Of a stretch of 64,000 bases of DNA, positions 1 through 7,521 are shown in pieces. The stretch spans positions 15,052 to 79,051 of the forward strand of contig JAUSEG010000042.1 of NCBI GenBank assembly GCA_030650415.1. Direction: 5' to 3'. Origin of the DNA: a bacterium. Its GTDB lineage: Bacteria > Patescibacteriota > Patescibacteriia > Patescibacteriales > GWC2-42-12. Below the pieces are notes generated by a model that ran no database searches, was not told the origin of the DNA, and saw only the letters and a program-made list of their open reading frames with translations. Each line of letters opens with the position of its first letter. The first letter of the stretch is position 1. The position numbers and the translations under genes are program-made.

Positions 1-129
1 CGAAACTTCCGAATTTTTTATAACTACCAGCTGATCATCTTTAATAAATCTCGGCTCGTGAGCCCAAACATTTAATCCAATAGCAAAGCTAAAAACAATT
101 AGAAAAAATGTTATAAAAAATTTTTTCAT
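1..129 (-). CDS. hypothetical secreted protein, N-terminal part (ORF runs off left edge)
   Basis: ATG at 129-127, 6 nt after the prfB stop. By-eye translation MKKFFITFFLIVFSFAIGLNVWAHEPRF... is signal-peptide-like and open to position 1. Too short for the ORF track. Confidence 0.4.
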   Translation of the reverse strand, partial: MKKFFITFFLIVFSFAIGLNVWAHEPRFIKDDQLVVIKNSEVS

Positions 130-134
130 AATAT

Positions 135-1251
135 TTAATTTTTAGTTCGTAATTTTCTTAAATACGCTTCCATAAACCCCTCCAGATCGCCGTCCAGAAC
201 CTTTTGAATACCCGAAGTCTCATATTCGGTGCGGTGATCCTTTACCAGCTGATACGGCTGCATGACATAAGAACGTATTTGCTTGCCCCATTCGGCTTTT
301 TGCGCCGCGCCGCGCAAATTTTTCTCTTCGCCGACTTTTTTTTCCTCTTCCAGCTTAAATAATTTTGATTTTAAAATACGCAAGGCGGTTTCTTTATTTT
401 GATGCTGCGATCTTTGAGTCTGGCAACTAACGACTAGGCCGCTCGGCTTATGCAAAACGCGCACCGCGGTTTCCACTTTATTAACATTCTGCCCGCCCGC
501 GCCCGAGGAGCGAAAAGTGGTAATTTCCAAATCAGCGTCTTTAATTTCCACTTCTGCCGTTTCCGGCAGCTCCGGTATAACCTCAACCAAAGCAAACGAG
601 GTATGGCGCATCTGCTCGGCATCGAAGGGCGAAATGCGCACTAAGCGATGCACGCCGGATTCACTTTTTAAGTAGCCATAAGCCCAATTGCCGATAATCC
701 TGTAACTCGCGCTCTTTATTCCGGCTTCATTGCCAATATTTCGATCGGCCAACTCGGCTTGCCAATTTTTCTTTTCGGCGAAACGCAAAAACATGCGCTC
801 TAAAATTTGCGCCCAGTCTTGCGCGTCGACTCCGCCCGTGCCGGCATGAAGGGAAATTATGGCGTTAGAGCGGTCATATTTTCCGGAAAACAAAACAAAA
901 AACTCAAACTCCTCATATTGGCGCTTGAGTTCGTCGTATTTTTTATTAACATAATCGTCAAGCGAATTATCGTCTTTCTCGGCCTGCCCTGAGCTTTGCC
1001 GAAGGGCCACAAATTGCTCTAAATCGGTAATTTCTTTTTTTAAATCCTCCCATTTTGTAACTTCAGATTCATACTCTTCGGCCTGCTTGCTTAAAACTAC
1101 GGCGCGTTCCTGATCATGCCAAAAATTCGGTTTGGACATTTCTACTTTTAGCTCATTAACTTTTTCCTTCTGCCGGTCCAAGTCAAAGCAACCTCCAAGT
1201 ATCCAGGAGCTGCTCTCTCAAAATTTCCAGTTGTTTTAATAGATTTTCCAT
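135..1251 (-). CDS. prfB: peptide chain release factor 2 (two frames joined by programmed +1 frameshift)
   Basis: The track ORF 135..1181 carries the SPF (RISPFD) and GGQ ([10 protein letters not shown]) motifs. A short upstream frame, ATG 1251-1249, reads [22 protein letters not shown] and ends at in-frame TGA 1185-1183. Confidence 0.93.
1182..1197 (-). promoter_or_regulatory. programmed +1 ribosomal frameshift site of prfB
   Basis: The minus-sense sequence tGGAGGttgCTT TGA C has an SD-like GGAGG 3 nt upstream of CUU-UGA-C, the same architecture as the E. coli prfB autoregulatory site. Confidence 0.85.
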
Positions 1252-1303
1252 AATATAATGTTACTCTTTTACAGTCTTAAAATCAAGCTATTATACATAA
1301 AAT

Positions 1304-1331
1304 TTGTTTTTATTTACAAAAATGCTATAAT
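1304..1331 (+). promoter_or_regulatory. candidate sigma70-type promoter (TTGTTT-N16-TGcTATAAT)
   Basis: -35-like hexamer at 1304-1309 and extended -10 TGnTATAAT at 1323-1331, about 38 nt upstream of the small ORF at 1369. Confidence 0.3.
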
Positions 1332-1368
1332 AATAGCACAGAGAAGATTAATTATTAACCAATAAATT

Positions 1369-1512
1369 ATGCCCGAAAAAAAAATGAACCCTTTTAATCC
1401 GGAGGTAAAACGAAGCATCGATCCTCAAACCGGAGTTATACTCACACCGGAAGAAGAAGCTGTGCAAAAAAGAGAAAGAAATAACCCGATGGAAGAGAGA
1501 GAACAGAAATAA
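1369..1512 (+). CDS. small hypothetical protein (47 aa)
   Basis: ATG..TAA ORF read by eye (MPEKKMNPFNPEVKRSIDPQTGVILTPEEEAVQKRERNNPMEEREQK), followed by a hairpin plus T-run. No recognisable family. Confidence 0.3.
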   Translation: MPEKKMNPFNPEVKRSIDPQTGVILTPEEEAVQKRERNNPMEEREQK

Positions 1513-1533
1513 CTTAAATTTAAAACGCGATAA

Positions 1534-1565
1534 AAAAGCCACCCTTTTTTCGGGCGGCTTTTTTA
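1534..1565 (+). terminator. rho-independent terminator-like hairpin
   Basis: AAAAGCCACCC-tttttt-cGGGCGGCTTTTTT: GC-rich stem with one mismatch, followed by a T-run. Confidence 0.5.
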
Positions 1566-1795
1566 TATAAATTTATTTTTTGATTTTTTAGGTTACTGAA
1601 AAGCCAGCCGCCTGAGCAGGTAGTAACAATAAGACAACTAACAATAGACTTTGGCTAATGGCTAGCTTCATATGTAATTGAGTATAGCAAGGCAATAAAA
1701 ATGGTCAACTTGCAGAACTTACTGCTTATTTAACAAACTTTTGATTTGATTAACGTCTAAATTATTAAGATCAAATCCGCCCGATTACTCTTTAA

Positions 1796-2062
1796 TCAAA
1801 CGGAATTAATCTCGCCCGCCCCAACGCCCAAAACGTCTTTATATTGGTCAAAGACGCCTTTTAAGAGCGGCGGCAAATAAAGAATGCTTAAAATAATCGG
1901 CACGATAATCAATAAAATATAAATCACGCTCATGACTTTTTGAAAAGTAATGTAGCTCTTTATTTTCCTGGTCATGGTATAAATCTCCTTGCTATACTCC
2001 AGGTTTTCTTCCAATAATTTCTTAATCTGTTCAGTCTCACTAATTTTATTTTCTTCGTTCAT
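1796..2062 (-). CDS. small membrane protein, hypothetical
   Basis: Track ORF 1796..2089. The first 9 codons are a translation of the adjacent repeat, so the internal ATG (MNEENKISETEQ...) is the likelier start. One strongly hydrophobic segment (VMSVIYILLIIVPIILSILYL). Confidence 0.5.
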   Translation of the reverse strand: MNEENKISETEQIKKLLEENLEYSKEIYTMTRKIKSYITFQKVMSVIYILLIIVPIILSILYLPPLLKGVFDQYKDVLGVGAGEINSV

Positions 2063-2072
2063 AATATTAATT

Positions 2073-2230
2073 GTCATTCCCGAAGCCAAAGGCTATCGGG
2101 AATCCAGGAGGGAAAGGTAAAAATGTTTTTTACTTTCGCCCGCTGGTTCAAGTTATTATATTAAACAGAGTTGAAGGGAAAAACACATTTTTGCTACTCA
2201 CTCCTGGATTCCCGCCTGCGCGGGAATGAC
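2073..2230. mobile_element. 158-bp MITE-like element, GTCAT...ATGAC family
   Basis: The left end is GTCATTCCCGAAGCCAAAGGCTATCGGGAATCCAGG and the right end is CCTGGATTCCCGCCTGCGCGGGAATGAC, with an AT-rich core. It has the same architecture and length as 23099-23256 and 44739-44895. Confidence 0.7.
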
Positions 2231-2238
2231 AAAATAAT

Positions 2239-3063
2239 TTATCTAACTTCACAAATTTTCGCGTATTTCCGTCCAATCTCGGCCATTTCATTCATCTGCC
2301 GGGAATTATACGGCACCTTGCCCTTTAGCTTCTGATTTACCAACTCGCTTTGGCTTTTAAAATTTTGCAGATACCATTTTCCCGCCCCCTTAATTATTTT
2401 TCCCATCTCGTTGATATCGTTTTTATCCAAGAGGTCGGGCACCACCGTAGTTCTAAATTCATAGGGCAAGCCGCTAGCTCTTATTATCTTAACACTTTTT
2501 TTTACCCCGTCAAATAATTTTGCCACGGGCAAAATTCGTTCCGCTTGGCGGGACGATTTGACGGGGTGAATATAATTAAAATCCACGCTAACTTCCGTAA
2601 CCTCGCCATACTTATATTCGGGCGCCTTTAAATCCATGGCAATATAGTCTATTAATTTCTCTTTAACCAATTCGGCTAAAACTTCCGGATAACTGCCGTT
2701 AGTATCGAGCTTTATTAAATAACCCAGAGCCTTGATTTTTTTAATAAACTCGACCAAATCTTTTTGCAAACATGGCTCGCCGCCGGTTATAACCACGGCG
2801 TCCAGCTTGCCTGACCGATCTTTCAAAAAAACAAAAAAGTCATCCTGATTTATAATCGGATGAGCTTTTTGTTGCTCGATTTCTCTTCCGCTCTCGCGAA
2901 TAAGCTCTCGAACATATTTTAACTTGCTACCCTTAACGGGCCAGACAAGCATGGGGTTATAGCAAAACTGGCAGCGGAAATTACAACCTTGGGTAAAGAC
3001 TATGGCGCTAATTTTCCCCGGGTAATCCAACAAACTGAATTTTTGCAAGCCGCCGATAATCAT
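2239..3063 (-). CDS. nrdG: anaerobic ribonucleoside-triphosphate reductase activating protein (radical SAM)
   Basis: N-terminal CNFRCQFCYNP radical-SAM CxxxCxxC motif. It lies downstream of nrdD. Confidence 0.88.
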   Translation of the reverse strand: MIIGGLQKFSLLDYPGKISAIVFTQGCNFRCQFCYNPMLVWPVKGSKLKYVRELIRESGREIEQQKAHPIINQDDFFVFLKDRSGKLDAVVITGGEPCLQKDLVEFIKKIKALGYLIKLDTNGSYPEVLAELVKEKLIDYIAMDLKAPEYKYGEVTEVSVDFNYIHPVKSSRQAERILPVAKLFDGVKKSVKIIRASGLPYEFRTTVVPDLLDKNDINEMGKIIKGAGKWYLQNFKSQSELVNQKLKGKVPYNSRQMNEMAEIGRKYAKICEVR

Positions 3064-3084
3064 GAAATTTATAAAATATTCCGA

Positions 3085-3225
3085 TTAATTTTCATTAACC
3101 TTAAAAGTCTTGCGATTGCGGTACTCCGATTGCTTGCCGTCATTCCATTGCTGAACCGGCCTTAGGTAGCCGACCACTCTTGAATAAACTTCGCAAGCTG
3201 TTCTCTTGGTTTCGATGGGGCTCAT
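3085..3225 (-). CDS. stand-alone glycyl-radical C-terminal segment of class III RNR (46 aa)
   Basis: By-eye translation MSPIETKRTACEVYSRVVGYLRPVQQWNDGKQSEYRNRKTFKVNEN. It matches the conserved NrdD C-terminus around the radical glycine (SRvxGY...WNxGKxxE...R). It is in the same frame as nrdD but separated from it by stops. Confidence 0.7.
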   Translation of the reverse strand: MSPIETKRTACEVYSRVVGYLRPVQQWNDGKQSEYRNRKTFKVNEN

Positions 3226-3291
3226 AAACAATTATCAATTATCAATTAACAATTTTCAATTGTGGATTGATAATTTTATTTTAATTTTTAT
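3226..3291. repeat. 66-nt AT-rich spacer of AATTGATAATTG / CAATTGAAAATTG repeats that splits nrdD
   Basis: Minus sense: ataaaaattaaaataaaattatcaatccacaattgaaaattgttaattgataattgataattgttt. It is in frame with nrdD and contains TGA, TGA and TAA. It is related to the GAAAATT x4 array in leuS. Confidence 0.7.
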
Positions 3292-5358
3292 TTAAATTAA
3301 TATATTTTCCGCTTGTTTAATCATCTCCTCTTTGGGCGTATAGCCGATTTCCTCGTCGCATTTCGGGCAGAAGAAATGTTCTCCGGCCAGATAACCATGC
3401 TTCGGGCAGACCGAGAAAGTCGGAGTAATAGTAAAGTAAGGCAGATGATATTTATAGGCGATTTTTTTAACCAGCGCTTTAACCGACTCAACCGAGGGCA
3501 GAGCTTCGCCGATAAAACCATGTAAAACCGTTCCGCCCGTATATTTAACCTGTAAATCATCCTGTAAATCCAGAGCCTCAAAAATATCCTGAGTGTAATT
3601 TACCGGCAGTTGGCTGGAATTAGTGTAATATGGCGCGGCGTTATTGGCCTGGAAGGCTGCCTCATTGGCCACGATAATATCGTTGTATTTATCTTTATCG
3701 ATTCTGGACAGGCGCCTGGTTACGCCTTCGGCCGGCGTGGCTTCCAAATTATATAAATGGTTGGTCTTGCCCTGATAATCCAAAACTTTGTTTCTCATGT
3801 AATCCAGAACCTGCAAAGCAAATTCTTTGCCCAGCGGATCGGCGATATTTTTTCTGACCGGCGCGAAATTCAGTAGAGCTTCATTCATGCCGATAATGCC
3901 GATCGTCGAAAAATGATTTTTCCAGTAGCCGCCGAAACGCTCTTTAATGCCATTTAAATAATACTTAGCATAGGGATAGAGGCCGTTGTCGGTTAGGTTT
4001 TCCAGAACCGTGCGTTTTATTTCCAGGCTTTCCGAAGCGATCTGCATTAAATTATTTAAGCGCTCAAAAAATTCTTCTTTAGTTTTTGCCAAGTAGCCGA
4101 TGCGCGGCAAATTAATCGTTACTACGCCGATTGAACCGGTTAAGGGATTGGCTGCGAATAAACCGCCGCCGCGTTTTCTTAATTCCCGGTTATCCAGGCG
4201 CAAGCGGCAGCACATTGAGCGCGCGTCTTCCGGATTCATGTCGCTATTAATAAAATTGGAAAAATATGGAATGCCGTATTTAGCGGTCATTTCAAAAATC
4301 TTGTTGGCTACCGGCGAATCCCATTTAAAATCCTTGGTAACATTATAGGTCGGGATCGGAAAAGTAAAAACTCTGCCCTTGGCGTCGCCTTCCATCATTA
4401 ATTCGGCAAAAGCCAAGTTAATCATGTCCATTTCGTTCTGGAATTCTTTATACTTCTCCGGCATGACCTTGCCGCCGATGATTACATTCTCTTCGCTCGT
4501 AGTCGGACCCGGAGTTAAATCCATAGTAATATTGGTAAACGGCGTCTGAAAACCCACCCGAGTCGGGACGTTAATATTAAACAAGAACTCCTGGATGGCC
4601 TGCTTTACATCTTTGTAGCTTAAATTGTCATACTTAATAAACGGCGCCAGATAAGTATCAAAATTAGAGAAAGCTTCGGCGCCGGCCACTTCGCCCTGTA
4701 AAGTATAAAAAAAGTTAACAATCTGGCCTAGAGCGGTTCTTAAGTGCTTGGCCGGCTTGGCTTCAACCTTGCCGGAAACGCCGCCGAAACCGCGAATTAG
4801 CAATTCCCTTAAATCCCAGCCGGCGCAATATGGCGCTAATAATTGCAGATCATGCAAATGCAAATCCCCGCTCTTATGAGCATCTCTAATATTCTGGCTA
4901 TAGACTTGGTTCAACCAATAATTTGAAGAAATCGCCGAGGCCAAGTGGTTATTTAAGCCCTGGAGCGAGTAGCTCATATTGGAATTCTCTTTTACTCGCC
5001 AATCGCTTTGCTTTAAGTAGCCTTCCATTAATTCATCCGAGTTAATCATAGACTTCATCTCGCGGAGCCGAGCCTGCTGATCACGGTATAGAATATAAGC
5101 CTTAGCGGTTTTAATCTGGCGATTTTTAATCAAAATTTCTTCCACCAGATCCTGTACCTCTTCAACCGCCGGAATGCTCCGGGCATGAAATTTTTCATTT
5201 AAAATGGCTACCACCTGGTCGGAAAGCTTCTGCGCCAGAAACATATCCGGCTTACCCACCGCTTCAGTCGCCTTATAAATCGCGTTAACCAGCTTTGCCT
5301 GATCAAAGGGCGCGATTTCGCCGGAACGTTTCAAAATTTGAGTTATGGTATTTTGCAT
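3292..5358 (-). CDS. nrdD: anaerobic ribonucleoside-triphosphate reductase (class III), lacking the glycyl-radical tail
   Basis: 688-aa ORF with an ATP-cone-like N-terminus and NrdD core motifs. It ends just after the C-terminal Zn-ribbon (CPKHG...CPKCDEEI). Confidence 0.92.
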   Translation of the reverse strand: MQNTITQILKRSGEIAPFDQAKLVNAIYKATEAVGKPDMFLAQKLSDQVVAILNEKFHARSIPAVEEVQDLVEEILIKNRQIKTAKAYILYRDQQARLREMKSMINSDELMEGYLKQSDWRVKENSNMSYSLQGLNNHLASAISSNYWLNQVYSQNIRDAHKSGDLHLHDLQLLAPYCAGWDLRELLIRGFGGVSGKVEAKPAKHLRTALGQIVNFFYTLQGEVAGAEAFSNFDTYLAPFIKYDNLSYKDVKQAIQEFLFNINVPTRVGFQTPFTNITMDLTPGPTTSEENVIIGGKVMPEKYKEFQNEMDMINLAFAELMMEGDAKGRVFTFPIPTYNVTKDFKWDSPVANKIFEMTAKYGIPYFSNFINSDMNPEDARSMCCRLRLDNRELRKRGGGLFAANPLTGSIGVVTINLPRIGYLAKTKEEFFERLNNLMQIASESLEIKRTVLENLTDNGLYPYAKYYLNGIKERFGGYWKNHFSTIGIIGMNEALLNFAPVRKNIADPLGKEFALQVLDYMRNKVLDYQGKTNHLYNLEATPAEGVTRRLSRIDKDKYNDIIVANEAAFQANNAAPYYTNSSQLPVNYTQDIFEALDLQDDLQVKYTGGTVLHGFIGEALPSVESVKALVKKIAYKYHLPYFTITPTFSVCPKHGYLAGEHFFCPKCDEEIGYTPKEEMIKQAENILI

Positions 5359-5371
5359 GGGGGTTGTATTG

Positions 5372-5402
5372 CCCTCTTTAACAAAGGGGGTGAGGGGGAT
5401 TT
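5372..5402 (+). repeat. hairpin+G-run repeat (CCCTCTTTAACAAAGGGGGTGAGGGGGATTT)
   Basis: Same unit as 51590-51621, 48780-48808 and 61293-61321. Lies between nrdR and nrdD. Confidence 0.8.
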
Positions 5403-5414
5403 AATTTTTTATTT

Positions 5415-5480
5415 GTCATACCTGACTTAACCGGAATCCCCGCCCGCCATCGCTACGCTCAGGCGTTAGCGGGCGCGGCA
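5415..5480. repeat. degenerate GTCAT-type palindromic unit
   Basis: GTCATACCTGACTTAACCGGAATCC followed by CCGCCCGC...GCGGGCGCGG inverted arms. Confidence 0.5.
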
Positions 5481-5491
5481 GAATTTTATTA

Positions 5492-5989
5492 TTATTTTTT
5501 AACCGATCTCGCCGAGACTTTAGCTATGGCGGACTTGCCTGTCTTCAATAACTTGTTCAACTCCCGCTTAAATTCATGCGCGTCTTTAAATGATTCATAA
5601 ACGCTGGCAAAACGGATATAGGCCACTTGATCGAAGCGCTTAAGGTTTTTCATGACGATCTGACCGATTTCGCCGGCTGTTACCTCATTCTTCCTTAAAA
5701 TCTGCAAATCGCGTTCAATCGAATTAATCAATTTTTTAAAACTATCGTCAGTTACCGGCCTTTTCTCTAGAGCCCGCTTTAAACCCTTAACAATTTTCTC
5801 CCGTGAGTAAGATTCTTTGCGGCCATCGCGCTTAACTACCGCTAAATCCAAAATTTCCACTTCTTCATAGGTCGAGAACCTAAAGCCGCACTTCAGGCAC
5901 TCCCGTCGCCTTCTGATAGACAGGCCGTCTAAAGCCACCCTAGAGTCGGTTACCTTTGAATCTTCATAGTAGCAGACCGGACATCTCAT
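5492..5989 (-). CDS. nrdR: transcriptional repressor NrdR
   Basis: N-terminal Zn-ribbon MRCPVCYYEDSKVTDSR...CLKCGFRFSTYE plus an ATP-cone. Strong SD (aaggaggag) upstream. Confidence 0.93.
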   Translation of the reverse strand: MRCPVCYYEDSKVTDSRVALDGLSIRRRRECLKCGFRFSTYEEVEILDLAVVKRDGRKESYSREKIVKGLKRALEKRPVTDDSFKKLINSIERDLQILRKNEVTAGEIGQIVMKNLKRFDQVAYIRFASVYESFKDAHEFKRELNKLLKTGKSAIAKVSARSVKK

Positions 5990-6099
5990 AATTTTCTCCT
6001 CCTTGGAGGTTTAGCCCCGAAAATCGGGGCCCTGACTGGATAATTTAAGGTCAAACAAAAAAGCACTTATAATACCGACTATTCATTGAAAGTGCTTTT

Positions 6100-6155
6100 C
6101 CCCGTTAAATAAACTGCTTGGCAGTTTAAAATTTTAACAAATTTTATTAAACGGG
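6100..6155. repeat. CCCCGTTA...TAACGGGG family palindromic element
   Basis: CCCCGTTAAATAA...TTATTAAACGGGG followed by TAAA. Located in the nrdR leader. Confidence 0.6.
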
Positions 6156-6205
6156 GTAAACCTGGAATCTCTAAGCTTTATCCATATCTTGTGGTTGTTG
6201 ATTTA

Positions 6206-6233
6206 ATTATACCACTATATATAGTATGGTCAA
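6206..6233 (-). promoter_or_regulatory. candidate nrd operon promoter with an NrdR box as its spacer
   Basis: Minus sense reads TTGACC-N16-TATAAT. The 16-nt spacer ATACTATATATAGTGG (plus strand 6212-6227) matches the NrdR-box consensus acaCwAtATaTwGtgt at about 14/16. A weaker second box near 6181-6196 has its centre about 31 bp away. Confidence 0.55.
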
Positions 6234-6342
6234 ATTAATTTACTTTGGCTAATTTTAGATTACTTTTTCTAAAAAATTATGACATTTTATATTTTAAAAA
6301 TTTATTTTCCGTTTGGGGCTGTGGATATGTGGATATGTTGCT

Positions 6343-6406
6343 GTCATCCCCGCGTAGGCACCCTGTTTTCTTTTTCTGCGCCGAGGTCAGCGCCGAGGAG
6401 CAATCC
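6343..6406 (+). repeat. 64-bp repeat (copy 1 of 2)
   Basis: GTCATCCCCGCGTAGGCACCCTGTTTTCTTTTTCTGCGCCGAGGTCAGCGCCGAGGAGCAATCC, near-identical to 9387-9450. Confidence 0.8.
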
Positions 6407-6453
6407 AAAAGCCGTGGCACTTGCATTTTCCTCTCTTAATTTAAAAAAAATTA

Positions 6454-6711
6454 TTAAAGATACAGCCGTTTTACTCTAATAAATTTTATTTTTTCCAATC
6501 TGGTCAGATTTTTTATCCGGCATTCCTTTTTGGCGGCTAAAGATTTGCTTTTTGCTTTAAAATAGCCGGCCAGCTTCACCGGCCGCCTGCCTCTCGTATA
6601 TTTCGCGCCTAAAATCGAGCTATTATGCTCCTTAACCCGCCTTTTTACGTCCGTCGTTATACCTGTATAGAAAGTTCCGTCCGCGCATTTTAAAATATAG
6701 ACAAACCACAT
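6454..6711 (-). CDS. GIY-YIG nuclease family protein (small, COG2827/UPF0213-like)
   Basis: MWFVYILKCADGTFYTGITTDVKRRVKEHN has the GIY..YIG-type N-terminal motifs. The track ORF is extended to 6807 only by translating repeats. Confidence 0.85.
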   Translation of the reverse strand: MWFVYILKCADGTFYTGITTDVKRRVKEHNSSILGAKYTRGRRPVKLAGYFKAKSKSLAAKKECRIKNLTRLEKIKFIRVKRLYL

Positions 6712-6744
6712 AATTATTTTGCCCCCTTTTAACAAACAGTTTTT

Positions 6745-6805
6745 GTCATTCCGGCCTCCGCCAGCTGGCGGAGAGCCTGCCTGCTGGCAGGCGAAGCTGG
6801 AATCC
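6745..6805. repeat. GTCAT-type composite palindromic unit
   Basis: GTCATTCCGGC..CCGCCAGCTGGCGG..GCCTGCCTGCTGGCAGGC..GCTGGAATCC. Sub-blocks recur at 43141-, 47363-, 59092- and 59859-. Confidence 0.75.
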
Positions 6806-6814
6806 ATTTCCTTA

Positions 6815-7009
6815 TTACTCCAAAATTTCCTGCACCCGCCCCACTTCCCCGCTCTCTAACCGCACCTTTATGCCATGCGGATGGGTCGGCGAGTTGGTTA
6901 AAATCTCGGCGACTAAGCCTATGGTCAATTCACCCGTAGCCTGATGGCGCTTTTGCACAATCGCCACCCTAGCCCCTGGTTTTATGTCATCGCGATTTTG
7001 TCCGTCCAT
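6815..7009 (-). CDS. YwbE-family small protein
   Basis: GQNRDDIKPG...TGELTIG.V.EILTNSPTHPHGIKVRLESGEVGRVQ matches my memory of the B. subtilis YwbE family. Confidence 0.75.
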   Translation of the reverse strand: MDGQNRDDIKPGARVAIVQKRHQATGELTIGLVAEILTNSPTHPHGIKVRLESGEVGRVQEILE

Positions 7010-7021
7010 AGTTAAATTTCA

Positions 7022-7405
7022 TTATTTTATTTCCGGTGAAAAGTCCACCTGATATCCTGGTATACCTAAAGCTATCCCATATTCCTTGGCTTTGCGGTAC
7101 TGCTCTTTGCTCTGACGATCAATTTTAAATATTTTATTTGGAAAAATAATATAATGGGTCGTCGAATTTTTATAGTCAGCGTACCAGGAATGGTGAGTAT
7201 TCTCTAAAGCTAAACTCAAGGCTTTGGCAATCGCTTCTGCTCTCTGGTCCAAAATTTCAACTTTATGTAAAGTCCGTTGCTTTAGCCATGGCGTCTGATG
7301 CTTTTCCACCACCGCCTCAACCTTGGTGCTTAAAATTTTTACCTGTTTAAGCACCGACGACTTATCATCTAAACTCTCCTCAATTATTGTACCTTGATAA
7401 TTCAT
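7022..7405 (-). CDS. hypothetical protein
   Basis: Track ORF. The ATG at 7405 (MNYQGTIIEESL...) is preferred over the TTG at 7417. No family recognised. Confidence 0.5.
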   Translation of the reverse strand: MNYQGTIIEESLDDKSSVLKQVKILSTKVEAVVEKHQTPWLKQRTLHKVEILDQRAEAIAKALSLALENTHHSWYADYKNSTTHYIIFPNKIFKIDRQSKEQYRKAKEYGIALGIPGYQVDFSPEIK

Positions 7406-7409
7406 AGAT

Positions 7410-7517
7410 TTACCCAATCGTTATCTCTTCTATTCCAACGCCGAGTTTTTCGGCCAGCAACCCGGCTATTTTTTTAGTTACCCCGGTTCGGGAATAAAAA
7501 ACGATGAGAGTTTTCAT
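7410..7517 (-). pseudogene. flavodoxin N-terminal fragment (35 codons)
   Basis: MKTLIVFYSRTGVTKKIAGLLAEKLGVGIEEITIG* is a typical flavodoxin N-terminus and phosphate-binding loop (SxTGxT). The rest of the protein is absent. Confidence 0.5.
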
Positions 7518-7521
7518 AAGT

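Noticed and set aside
1589-1672. 27-codon minus-strand ORF MKLAISQSLLLVVLLLLPAQAAGFSVT*
   Set aside because: It looks like a bare signal peptide with five further residues. It is more likely a remnant or chance ORF and has no supporting signals.
3226-3294. Alternative genetic code (UGA sense) to read through the nrdD gap
   Set aside because: The gap also contains TAA stops. RF2 with its UGA-dependent frameshift site is present, and TGA terminates many well-supported genes here.
6181-6196. Second NrdR box called as a firm site
   Set aside because: It matches only about 10 of 15 consensus positions. It is mentioned only as a weak partner of the strong box at 6212-6227.
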